A stretch of 64,000 nucleotides of DNA from positions 1-64,000 of the IMG/VR virus record IMGVR_UViG_3300021356_000007. One strand, 5' to 3'. Shown here one piece after another: positions 29,823 to 38,389 of the stretch. The position numbers were made by a program, and so were the translations under genes. Positions within the stretch are counted from its first letter, which is position 1. Each line of letters starts with the position of its first letter. This DNA is from a virus. Below the pieces are notes generated by a model that worked only from the letters and a program-made list of their open reading frames with translations, had not been told where the DNA came from and did not search any database.

Positions 29823-30455
29823 TCACCTCGTACCCATAAAATTACCCATGAACTTACCCGCAGCAGAACCTGCCTTGTCCATCAGATTGTCATTAGCCAG
29901 TGCAGCACTCAAAGCCCCGCCCATCATAGATTGTTGAGCGAAAGCAGCAATCTGCTGTTGCTGCATCTCTGCGTTTTGAATACTCTGTTGACTTGCCATC
30001 TGTAAATTACTGAACTGACCTTTGACATTCTCTGCACTCATAGTCTGTAGACTATCAGGTAGAGAAGTTACATCCATTTTCATTGTCCCTTCTTTGTCGT
30101 TAATCACGAATTCGGCATTCTTTAGTATCTCAAGTACAGAAAAACTCACTAAATCGTTCATCATTTGTAAGAAAACAGCCATCTGAGCCCCTACTACGAA
30201 CCTATCAATAGGTGCAAGTGAGCGCATCATAGCCATTTGTATCTCCATTTCACTCGGAGGTTGTATAGGTTGCTGCATCATATTCGCTTGCATACCCATT
30301 CCGCCCATCATTCCGCCCACAAATGTATTCTGAGAAGCCTGTTGCATCATACCTTGTGGTGCGAATGGGTTCATTTGGGCAGCCATTGGGCTAGAATTAC
30401 CTTGTGCGCTGAGATTCAGTGCGCCGTTTTGCTGTTGTCCATTACCAAATATCAT
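29823..30455 (-). CDS. Q/M/G-rich hypothetical protein of GTPase operon
   Basis: GAGGTGA SD; low-complexity N-terminus, amphipathic C-terminal helix. Confidence 0.7.
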   Translation of the reverse strand: MIFGNGQQQNGALNLSAQGNSSPMAAQMNPFAPQGMMQQASQNTFVGGMMGGMGMQANMMQQPIQPPSEMEIQMAMMRSLAPIDRFVVGAQMAVFLQMMNDLVSFSVLEILKNAEFVINDKEGTMKMDVTSLPDSLQTMSAENVKGQFSNLQMASQQSIQNAEMQQQQIAAFAQQSMMGGALSAALANDNLMDKAGSAAGKFMGNFMGTR

Positions 30456-30466
30456 ATCTTTTCACC

Positions 30467-31480
30467 TCATACTGTGGATTGTGTAAATATACCTTGCTCT
30501 GTCTGTGGCAGGACATCCTGATTGATAACACCATTGGCATTTTCTTGGGGTAAACTCTGCGCTACACTAGGTTGAGGGACTTGATTTATACCCAATTGAG
30601 TGATAGCATCGGACAAAGTAGGGCTCATATTAGCCATTTCTTGTTGAAATAGCCTCAAATCGAACACAATCATAGTCACATCGTTGATTCCAGTCTCAGG
30701 ATTCTTGTAATGTAATAGGTTAATACCGTTATATGCCTTAGAATCCTTCTCTAATTGCATGAAAAATGGCTCATATTTCTTCAATAATTCAGGTGTATTG
30801 TCCTTCTTTTTGACTACTGCAATGGGTACAGCGACTGTAGAAACGCCCTTTTTCACCATTTCTTTCATGCCCATGCTAGTTTTATTGTGGTCTTTGTCTG
30901 CTTCAGACTCCCATTTGCACAATAAATGGTACAAATGTAGGTGTTCAGGGCAATATGTACCCTTCATTTTCCTACCATTAGTAACTTGTTCTCTTGCTAC
31001 AAAGGCTTCAGGGGCATTAGTTACAGGGTTTTTCCAATACATTTCCCACAAACTCTTACCTGAAACCTCATCTGTAATCTTAGCATAGAGATTATCATAC
31101 TTGATTAACTCTTCACAGTCACAACCATCAATCACACAAAGATTACTTTGTCTATTATATCTATATTTTCTACCCCAAATCCACCTTAGAGGACTGTACC
31201 ACTTACGCTTAGTAGGTGTCAAAAGCCTTCTCGCACTTCTGATGTCTTGTTTTCTTGCCTTTCTTGGGTCAGGGTGACGACTTGGGTAGAAATTCACCTT
31301 TGGAACTTCTATATTCTGCTTAGCAATTTCTTGCATACCTTGTTGAGCAGCCTGCATTTCGAGTAACTGTTCATGACTAGCATTACCCTGCTGGCTCAAA
31401 GCCATCATGTGCGCCTGACTCATATTAGCCAAATTCACATCCCCTTGTGGGACTCTTCCATATCCGCCTATCCTCATCAT
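30467..31480 (-). CDS. Hypothetical protein with Cys/His Zn site, GTPase operon
   Basis: AGGTGA SD; CVIDGCDC...YCPEH; basic-aromatic KRKWYSPLRWIWGRK patch. Confidence 0.7.
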   Translation of the reverse strand: MMRIGGYGRVPQGDVNLANMSQAHMMALSQQGNASHEQLLEMQAAQQGMQEIAKQNIEVPKVNFYPSRHPDPRKARKQDIRSARRLLTPTKRKWYSPLRWIWGRKYRYNRQSNLCVIDGCDCEELIKYDNLYAKITDEVSGKSLWEMYWKNPVTNAPEAFVAREQVTNGRKMKGTYCPEHLHLYHLLCKWESEADKDHNKTSMGMKEMVKKGVSTVAVPIAVVKKKDNTPELLKKYEPFFMQLEKDSKAYNGINLLHYKNPETGINDVTMIVFDLRLFQQEMANMSPTLSDAITQLGINQVPQPSVAQSLPQENANGVINQDVLPQTEQGIFTQSTV

Positions 31481-31488
31481 AATATCAC

Positions 31489-32205
31489 CTAACTTAGTAA
31501 CTCCATCATTGTATTTTCAACATTCCAGCCTATTCTTGTAGCCATCATTCCCCTCTTCGTAGGAACGCCCGCTTTTTGGAGGCGTACAAGGTCTTCTCTG
31601 AAGGGGTCGAACATCTTGTGTTCACCCAATCTTTGTTGCTGCCAAAGTATATTGGCTTGCTCATCCCACCATTCATCTGCTTTATTTGCAACCAACATAA
31701 TAGTCTTTGGAACATACTTTTTACCTCTCAATCTACTTTTAAAATTTCTATAACGATACTGCCTGTGGAGTATTGAATCTACGAGGAACTTAAAACCCCC
31801 CACTGCTTGTACTGCTGGGTCTCCACCTAATGTAGTTCTGTTATCAAATAAGAATATAATGGCTTCAACTTGTCTATTAACCATATCATCTATCCAAAGA
31901 TTCCAAAACCTTTCCTCACCTGCTATGTCAGAAGAATAAACTACTCTCTTGTCACCTTTCCAAGCAACTCTTTTTCTTGTAGGGTTTGGTAACAAGAATC
32001 TGTTTATACCCGGCACTTTGAAATGTTTAGTCCTTTCACTAAGAGGTATCTCTTCCATTTCGCCCGGTGTTGTCATGTAGCGGTCAAGTGTAGTCTTACC
32101 TACCATTGTCGGTCCGTACACCCCTACTCTTCTTGGCTTCCAGTAGTGGTAGAATTCCTTAGCGAACACCACTCCGCCAACTAAAGCACTACCACCCAAT
32201 GACAT
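31489..32205 (-). CDS. Ras-superfamily (Arf/Rab-like) small GTPase with hydrophobic N-terminal extension
   Basis: G1 GPTMVGKTT, G3 DIAGEERFWNLW, AIIFLFD, G4 VANKAD, G5-like MATRIGWNV. Confidence 0.85.
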   Translation of the reverse strand: MSLGGSALVGGVVFAKEFYHYWKPRRVGVYGPTMVGKTTLDRYMTTPGEMEEIPLSERTKHFKVPGINRFLLPNPTRKRVAWKGDKRVVYSSDIAGEERFWNLWIDDMVNRQVEAIIFLFDNRTTLGGDPAVQAVGGFKFLVDSILHRQYRYRNFKSRLRGKKYVPKTIMLVANKADEWWDEQANILWQQQRLGEHKMFDPFREDLVRLQKAGVPTKRGMMATRIGWNVENTMMELLS

Positions 32206-32206
32206 T

Positions 32207-32464
32207 TCAATTTCTCCAACTGAATATAGCGTCAGACCACTCTCTTAACTTTTCTTTGAGCCAGTCTCCAGTTGACTCCCATAAATTCCAATCAGTGTAA
32301 AACTCAAACGCACTGACTACAAACGCAGTACAAACAGAAAAAATGACGGTCCTAATCCAGCCCCACCCTCTTTCGTATGCTACATCAACCGTATTGGCTA
32401 TGTGCATACTCCTCAGTGTTTCTTCAACTGCGTCATCACTGGGGGTCTTGAAGATTCGACCCAT
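32207..32464 (-). CDS. Single-TM membrane protein
   Basis: WIRTVIFSVCTAFVVSAFEFY hydrophobic helix, Trp-rich amphipathic tail. Confidence 0.7.
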   Translation of the reverse strand: MGRIFKTPSDDAVEETLRSMHIANTVDVAYERGWGWIRTVIFSVCTAFVVSAFEFYTDWNLWESTGDWLKEKLREWSDAIFSWRN

Positions 32465-32470
32465 AAGTTA

Positions 32471-33025
32471 TCACTTCTCCTTTTTCTTGAATGTCCCATC
32501 TGCGTTTCTCTTTCTCTTAGCGTCTTTTTCATCATCAGTTTCTTCGAATGTTAAACCAAGTGACATAGGCTCTTTTGATACTGGTTGAGTTGCTGGTACA
32601 AAATCAGCAGTGCTAGTAGTAGGTGGATTCATCCTTTCTTGAATCCAAGGTGGAGTTTGACCGGGGTTTTGCTCAAGCCAGTTTAGTTCAGCCTCCAACT
32701 GTGCTTCTTGAAGTCTTAATTCCATGTCTTGTCTTCTACGGTCAAAGTTCATCTCCATACTTCTGTACCTTGTTTTTCTCTGTTTTTCCTGTGCGGCCAA
32801 TCTCGCTCTTTCATCCATACCTTGTTGGAAGAACATTTTGAAAAGATAGTACGCTACACCCTGAACAGCAAATGCTGCCATAGCATAAGTAATTCCGTTA
32901 ACTGTAGGGTCGTCTAATTTTAACCAGTATTCTGCATCGAAAACGGCTATTGCTATACCGATTGATACGGCTTGGGTGAGTATCAAACCCATCAATCTTA
33001 TTTCTGCTTGGTCTACATCTCTCAT
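32471..33025 (-). CDS. Two-TM coiled-coil membrane protein (start reassigned to MRDVD)
   Basis: TMs LMGLILTQAVSIGIAIAVF and GITYAMAAFAVQGVAYYLF followed by long charged coiled coil. Confidence 0.7.
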   Translation of the reverse strand: MRDVDQAEIRLMGLILTQAVSIGIAIAVFDAEYWLKLDDPTVNGITYAMAAFAVQGVAYYLFKMFFQQGMDERARLAAQEKQRKTRYRSMEMNFDRRRQDMELRLQEAQLEAELNWLEQNPGQTPPWIQERMNPPTTSTADFVPATQPVSKEPMSLGLTFEETDDEKDAKRKRNADGTFKKKEK

Positions 33026-33109
33026 TGTCTCTCTGCCACTCTGCAAAGTTATCCCTCTAACCTTCTGCAAGACCACTGCGTAAATAAAGGTATCACAAAA
33101 TTAGAAGGC

Positions 33110-33145
33110 GGGTCGGCAGGGAATGAGAGAGAACCTGACCGACCC
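33110..33145 (-). terminator. GC-rich intergenic stem-loop (terminator or processing/sRNA element)
   Basis: GGGTCGGCAGG (33110-33120) / CCTGACCGACCC (33134-33145), 11 bp with 1-nt bulge; T-rich tract follows on minus strand. Confidence 0.5.
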
Positions 33146-33164
33146 ATGTGTTGTAATTATATCA

Positions 33165-34460
33165 TCAATCTTTTTTCTTTTCAGAATCAAGTTTTTCCCT
33201 CTTGCCATTCTTTGAAGGGCCCGGGCCTGCTTTAGAACCGATAACAATAACCATGCCATGTGCTGGCTTTTTGCTACCTTCTTTTTTGTTCAAATCTTCT
33301 TCACCTTTACCGTCAGCAGCGAACTTAGGGACTTTCTTGCCCTCATGCTCTACCATTTCCAGTTCTCCCTTAGCCGTACATCCCATTTTATTGACGCAGT
33401 TTTCTTTACCGCATCCGGGGCATTTAGCCTTAGACATTTCTTCATTCATCCCGTAAGGGCAGGTCATTTTACCGATGCACTCAGGTTTAGCGCATCCAGC
33501 GCACCTTGCTTTGTACATCATATCTTCAACTTGCTTCTTTATTTCTTCGCCTATATTGTTTGTAAACATATACTCACCTAATGATTTCCTAGTCCCGCCA
33601 TACTCTGCCTGTTGTTCGAAAGCAGAACCCTGATTCGGATTCCAAATCTCTCTATCAAGAACAGAACTACTCTGAACATTGGAAATATCACCCATACCTG
33701 CATTAGTCTGACCTAGACCAAATGTTGAACCTGAACCACCCCCACCAATCAAAGACGAAAGGTTTGTCCCTTGCCCGCCACCGCCACCACCGGGCGTATT
33801 ATTTTGCATATAATTCAGACCTGCCATACCGAGTCCTACTGCACCTGCACCCAAAGCACCAAGACCAGCCATTCTTCCAAGAGAAATAGACTCGTCTACT
33901 CCTTTAGCACCCCTTCCAATTTGACTGTAAGCACCTTGTCTGAAAGCACCCCTACGGGCAGCATCTGTTCCGGCTTCTCTTGCCATTCTTCGAGTATAAG
34001 GTTGGTTTCTTGCTAGTTCAAATAATCGAGCGTCTGCGTTAGCAGCAGTCACAGGAGGAAGTTGTCGGCTGACTGCATCAGCCTGCTCTCTTGCAATACG
34101 GTTTCTAGTAGCAGTTTCTGCTGCTTCTCTTGCTGCTGCTCTCTGTGAAGCAATTTGAGCCCCTCTTCTTCCAGCGAGTCTTCCCACTCCCTTAGCACCT
34201 AACTTAACTGCTGCACCTGCACCAAGACCTTGAGCCATTCCTGTACCAAACTCAAGTGCATTAGAACCAAAACTATCGTCACCTTCAGCGAGTTCCATAC
34301 CAATGAATGGGTCTGTGATTTGATTATCACGGACATTCTTATAACCTTGATAAGCACCATAGCCCAATAATGCCAATGGTATAAGCGGAAGTGCCTTGTT
34401 TACGGTGTCTTCTTTAACCACCGACCATGCTCGGTCAATCGGCGAAATAGATTCCGACAT
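33165..34460 (-). CDS. Putative ejected/internal virion protein with AWxxVK leader and Gly/Ala hydrophobic helices (start reassigned to MSESISPID)
   Basis: MSESISPIDRAWSVVK/ED; hydrophobic LPLIPLALLGYGAY and LGALGAGAVGLGMAGL; two CxxC-x3-C repeats. Confidence 0.65.
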   Translation of the reverse strand: MSESISPIDRAWSVVKEDTVNKALPLIPLALLGYGAYQGYKNVRDNQITDPFIGMELAEGDDSFGSNALEFGTGMAQGLGAGAAVKLGAKGVGRLAGRRGAQIASQRAAAREAAETATRNRIAREQADAVSRQLPPVTAANADARLFELARNQPYTRRMAREAGTDAARRGAFRQGAYSQIGRGAKGVDESISLGRMAGLGALGAGAVGLGMAGLNYMQNNTPGGGGGGQGTNLSSLIGGGGSGSTFGLGQTNAGMGDISNVQSSSVLDREIWNPNQGSAFEQQAEYGGTRKSLGEYMFTNNIGEEIKKQVEDMMYKARCAGCAKPECIGKMTCPYGMNEEMSKAKCPGCGKENCVNKMGCTAKGELEMVEHEGKKVPKFAADGKGEEDLNKKEGSKKPAHGMVIVIGSKAGPGPSKNGKREKLDSEKKKD

Positions 34461-34638
34461 GAATATCCCCATGCTGTTTGTTTTCATAAGCCTGTTGCAA
34501 GTAATGGTAACTTTCTGCGGCTTCAACAAGTAGGTTCATAGCCTCTATGCTACCGTCTTGAAGGTCTTGTATCTTACTCAAGTTGTATTCACTAACCTTG
34601 AGTAACTCTTTCAAAAGTGTGTTCCAAAAATCTTCCAA
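34435..34638 (-). CDS. Small hypothetical protein with FWxxLLK leader
   Basis: GAGGGA SD + TTG; MEDFWNTLLK/E. Confidence 0.5.
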   Translation of the reverse strand: MEDFWNTLLKELLKVSEYNLSKIQDLQDGSIEAMNLLVEAAESYHYLQQAYENKQHGDIHVGIYFAD

Positions 34639-34648
34639 GTCAGTCCCT

Positions 34649-35212
34649 CTACCTAACCAGTACTATATCTGATTTAAGAGTACCTCGTTCTTTGAAATGT
34701 CGGGCTCTGTTGCTATGAGGGTCTTCTGCTACCAAAGTGTGGTCTTTGGTGTGACTCATATCAGGTCCACCCTGTCCGTAAATACCTCTTTTCCTGCGCT
34801 CACGATTCAACTCTTCACGATACTTGACACGCTTAGGACTAGACTCATACTTCTTGTCATACTCCAACTTGTGCCTTTTGGCTTCAGGGCTGACAGGACT
34901 CTTGATAACCAAGACTCCTTTGACAATAGTAGGCTTACCGCCGACACCTTGTTTCTTAGCACGCTTTCTTTTGGTAGCAGCCTGCTTCTGACCGCTAGTC
35001 ATTTCACCACTGGTCTTGGGTGTTTTGCTGCTGACTCTCACACTTGGTCTACACTTTGGATAGCCTTTGCTTCCTTTCTTGGCTTTCGACCTACCACAAG
35101 GAGGGTGCTTACCATCCTTGTCTTTACGACTGACATCTACCCACTTTTCTTTGAACCATCTGTTGAGGTTCTTGACAACTAATGTGTCATGACAAGTGCA
35201 TCTATCGTTCAT
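34649..35212 (-). CDS. Highly basic two-part protein (putative internal DNA-binding protein; C-part HNH-like remnant)
   Basis: LNRWFKEKWVDV...CGRSKAKKG..YPKCRP basic domain, then VLVIK/S and KLEYDKKY...GPDMSH...SNRAR. Confidence 0.65.
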   Translation of the reverse strand: MNDRCTCHDTLVVKNLNRWFKEKWVDVSRKDKDGKHPPCGRSKAKKGSKGYPKCRPSVRVSSKTPKTSGEMTSGQKQAATKRKRAKKQGVGGKPTIVKGVLVIKSPVSPEAKRHKLEYDKKYESSPKRVKYREELNRERRKRGIYGQGGPDMSHTKDHTLVAEDPHSNRARHFKERGTLKSDIVLVR

Positions 35213-35415
35213 TTTTTACCCGCCCAAGCATCACATACATGGTCTGCTCGACACATGAAGTCGTACCATTCACAATAGCCCGTCATAGGGTCATCGGTCT
35301 TCGAGGAGTCCCACGCTTTACAATTACCGCACTTTTCAGAGCCAGTGGCTTTTCTATAATTAGGCGCATCCTCTTTGCCCTTAATTATAGCCCACGCTTC
35401 TTCGAGAGGTATCAT
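35209..35415 (-). CDS. HiPIP-like four-Cys small protein with AWxxIK leader
   Basis: MIPLEEAWAIIK/G; APNYR...CGNC..W...GYC........VCDAW spacing resembles high-potential iron-sulfur proteins. Confidence 0.55.
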   Translation of the reverse strand: MIPLEEAWAIIKGKEDAPNYRKATGSEKCGNCKAWDSSKTDDPMTGYCEWYDFMCRADHVCDAWAGKK

Positions 35416-35615
35416 TTCTTCTTCCCCTTTTTCTTACCACGGAACTTACCCTTACAGTATTGAACAGCCCAGCCATTTGCATAAGCAGATGGATAAACTT
35501 TGAATTTTCTTTTTGCTGCTGCTTTACCAGCAGGACAGAGTTTCTTTTCTAAAAAATCAAAAGCAGAGTCGATACCTATGCAATGTCCACAGTCGCACTC
35601 ACTCAACAGTTCCAC
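35412..35615 (-). CDS. Small basic protein with acidic leader
   Basis: SAFDFLEK/KLCPAGKAAAKRKFKVYPSAYANGWAVQYCKG. Confidence 0.6.
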   Translation of the reverse strand: MELLSECDCGHCIGIDSAFDFLEKKLCPAGKAAAKRKFKVYPSAYANGWAVQYCKGKFRGKKKGKKK

Positions 35616-35992
35616 CTCTTTAATGCCGCACCTTTAGGTGTTAATTTACCTTTTTTACTGGTTGGACCTTTAACTCCACTCATACGAGCACAGAATGATT
35701 TTCTCCTTTTCGATGCCTTGCTACCCCTTTTTAGTTTAGAAGGCTTCTTAGTGACAGGTCTTTTCAGATTTGCGCCCGTCTTACGCTTTGCTGCCGCACG
35801 ACCCTTAGCATTGAGTCCTCCAGTCTTGGCGTGTTTGTTAGGATTGTAACCGTGGAAAGGTTTTGACTTTTTCTTGGCTTTCATAACCGCAAGACTGAGT
35901 TCCATAGGACTACAGCAATCACAGAAATTGACATCCGACCAGTCGGTTTTACCTACAATGTCAGCCTCAGTCAACCATTCTATATCTGTCAT
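35603..35992 (-). CDS. Small highly basic protein with acidic leader (start reassigned to MTDIEW)
   Basis: ATGA overlap with upstream stop; LAVMK/A then GGLNAKGRAAAKR...RRKSFCARMSG...ALKRWNC. Confidence 0.65.
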   Translation of the reverse strand: MTDIEWLTEADIVGKTDWSDVNFCDCCSPMELSLAVMKAKKKSKPFHGYNPNKHAKTGGLNAKGRAAAKRKTGANLKRPVTKKPSKLKRGSKASKRRKSFCARMSGVKGPTSKKGKLTPKGAALKRWNC

Positions 35993-36813
35993 ACTAATCC
36001 CTTCAATAATCTCCAAGCCATATTCATCGGCTCGCCTGTTTGTATATCCCTTTCTTCGTCTCTTCTCCTTACTGCATCCCTAAACGCAGGTGGTAAATTA
36101 GCATATTTATCAAAAGGCTCAGGTGCAGGCGGAGGAGTTTGTAAATCTTCAAAGGTAGACGGTACATCTCTTGGGAAGAAATCTACCCTGTTAGGTAGCC
36201 CTTCGTGGATTCTTGAGTTGTTGTGTGTATCTTGCTCAGGAAGTATAGGGCTTGTCGTAGGTAAAACATGTATGTTTTGTCGAGTTTTATCATTTAGCAT
36301 ACCATGCCCTATAGTCTTGAGTTGCAACTTATCATTCTCATCTAAGTTAAAATGAGGAGTTACGGTATGACTCAGTCCCATTTGCTTTTCACTTTCGTCA
36401 AGTTTAGGGTCATCAGTTCTCATCACATCAAAACTCAGACTAGGTTCACGCTCATCTAGTCGCTCATCAGATGCAGGCTTCTTGAGTTTCATAGCCTCAA
36501 TTATCTCAGGATGATTGTTAGCCAAATCGTTAGCCATAAAGGAAAAGATGTCTGCTAAATTGAACTTATAGCCTTTCATACCTCTTTTCTTGAATGCATT
36601 CGGCAACTCTTGATTTTCATTGTATCTCTGACTTAATCGCTTTTTGTAATGCTCATGAGGGTTAGCGTTAACATGTTCAAGTGGTTTTCTACTCTTCACC
36701 CTGTCCATCATTCGTTGTGACAAATTGTCGTAATACTCTTCAGGGAGGTGATTAAGTAAAGTATAATCTTTGAGTAAAACCCAAGCCTGCTGTAGACTAT
36801 GGCTTTCGCTCAT
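35989..36813 (-). CDS. Putative internal head protein with AWxxLK motif at both ends
   Basis: MSESHSLQQAWVLLK/D ... TGEPMNMAWRLLK/GLV. Confidence 0.65.
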   Translation of the reverse strand: MSESHSLQQAWVLLKDYTLLNHLPEEYYDNLSQRMMDRVKSRKPLEHVNANPHEHYKKRLSQRYNENQELPNAFKKRGMKGYKFNLADIFSFMANDLANNHPEIIEAMKLKKPASDERLDEREPSLSFDVMRTDDPKLDESEKQMGLSHTVTPHFNLDENDKLQLKTIGHGMLNDKTRQNIHVLPTTSPILPEQDTHNNSRIHEGLPNRVDFFPRDVPSTFEDLQTPPPAPEPFDKYANLPPAFRDAVRRRDEERDIQTGEPMNMAWRLLKGLV

Positions 36814-36850
36814 GGCTGTCGCATGTTTGCACAGAACAAAAAGATTAGGG

Positions 36851-36912
36851 TGGCTGACAGGAAAAAAAGAGGAAGTGCAACCCCGGTTGGTGTTAGGTCG
36901 GCCTGTCAGCCA
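36851..36912 (-). terminator. Intergenic stem-loop with 11-bp perfect stem
   Basis: TGGCTGACAGG (36851-36861) / CCTGTCAGCCA (36902-36912); T-tract downstream on minus strand. Confidence 0.5.
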
Positions 36913-36936
36913 AAGTTGAATCCAAAGTAGACTATA

Positions 36937-37074
36937 TTATTCTTTTGTAAAAAGAGTGCACATTTCACAATACCAAGCGAGCCCTCTGAAAACACCGTTG
37001 ACTTTCATGTAAACTCTTTTGGTAGGATGATGAAAACAATGTTCGCATTTGATGCTTTTTCTTTTACCCGCCAA
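36937..37074 (-). CDS. 45-aa zinc-ribbon protein (below ORF-track cutoff)
   Basis: GGGTGAGG SD + TTG; MAGKRKSIKCEHC...WYCEMCTLFTKE-stop. Confidence 0.55.
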   Translation of the reverse strand: MAGKRKSIKCEHCFHHPTKRVYMKVNGVFRGLAWYCEMCTLFTKE

Positions 37075-37135
37075 GTCCTCACCCGCTTACAGGGCAAGTG
37101 AAGTGCATTCACTACTTGTAGTTTGGTGTCACTAT

Positions 37136-38389
37136 TCAGGCTGACCTATCAATTTCACCCTGAACCTTAGAACCATCTTGGCGACCCATGTTCATTGCTG
37201 CCTGCATAAGTTGCTGTCTAGCAAATTGTTGTGCCTCCGGGCTAGATGGGTCAGCGAATGCTCTCATAGTTGGTGTATTTCTTAAGCCCGGACTTAGCAT
37301 TATTTCTTTTTCTTCAGCACTCATAGGTTGCCTTTGCATGTCATCCATTGCTTGTCTCCTTGCGCCAGTCATCCTTGGCTCGAATAATTTACGAGAAACT
37401 CTCTCAGGTTTGTCCTCTTCGACAGGTGCTTCTTGTATTTTAGAACCGCCCGGTGTCATCATACCTTCGAGCATTGCTCGGATTCTATCTTCTTGGCTCA
37501 TTTCTTGAGGTGCTTCTTCTTGTTCAGGTTGAATGAATCTAGTTGTCATACCGGATAGAGGGTCTTTTCCAAAACCTCCAGTCTTCATACCTTCGACATT
37601 GCTAAGTTTTGAAGCAGACCTTTGACGAGCAAATGGATTTCTTTGGACCCTGCCAGTCTTATCACTGACTACTGGCTGATTGAATTGGTCTGTTTGCATA
37701 CCAAGGTTCAGTAAATTTTGACCTGACCTAGCACCACCTCTAACATCGAACCTACCGCCTCTGCTACCTGAAACCATACGGTCAGCAGCAGATGTCATAC
37801 CTTCTCTACCTCTTGCTCTTTCAAGCGGAGTAGTGAAACTTTGTTCAGGGTCTACATCCATCATAGGGATAGTCTGTGTAGGGTGTCTCACTTCTAGTTG
37901 CCCTGTGTTTGGGTTCAAAGCCATACTCGTACCCATTTGGTCTACCACATCTTCTCTTAGAGGACTGATGTCTCTCTCGATAGCAGCGACACTTTGAGGG
38001 ATAGGGTCACCCCTGCCTCCTCCAAGGTTACCTAGAGGAACTGGAACGCTCGCTGTCATTTCACCGGGTCTTTCTACATCACGCTGTACTGCGTCACCTC
38101 TACCACTAAAGGTATCAGTCATCCCCTCTAGTTCAGCCCTTTGCTCAGGAGTAAGCATCTCCAAATCTTTACCTCTTAGTCTGTTGAGCATACCGCCCCT
38201 CATTGTCGCTACTGGGTTCAAAACTCTTGTAGCGATACCTTGACGATTATCTAAAGCACTGTCGCCCATGTATTCATCAATGTATTCGTTAGACGGCATA
38301 CCTGCAATAGCAGGGTGAACTGTACCGTATATACCCTGTGCGCCGGGTTGTGCTTTCAATGTAGTCCAAGCGTTTTCGAGTGCGCTCAT
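37136..38389 (-). CDS. Low-complexity putative internal head protein with AWxxLK leader
   Basis: MSALENAWTTLK/AQ; M/Q/R/G/P-rich, predicted largely disordered. Confidence 0.65.
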   Translation of the reverse strand: MSALENAWTTLKAQPGAQGIYGTVHPAIAGMPSNEYIDEYMGDSALDNRQGIATRVLNPVATMRGGMLNRLRGKDLEMLTPEQRAELEGMTDTFSGRGDAVQRDVERPGEMTASVPVPLGNLGGGRGDPIPQSVAAIERDISPLREDVVDQMGTSMALNPNTGQLEVRHPTQTIPMMDVDPEQSFTTPLERARGREGMTSAADRMVSGSRGGRFDVRGGARSGQNLLNLGMQTDQFNQPVVSDKTGRVQRNPFARQRSASKLSNVEGMKTGGFGKDPLSGMTTRFIQPEQEEAPQEMSQEDRIRAMLEGMMTPGGSKIQEAPVEEDKPERVSRKLFEPRMTGARRQAMDDMQRQPMSAEEKEIMLSPGLRNTPTMRAFADPSSPEAQQFARQQLMQAAMNMGRQDGSKVQGEIDRSA

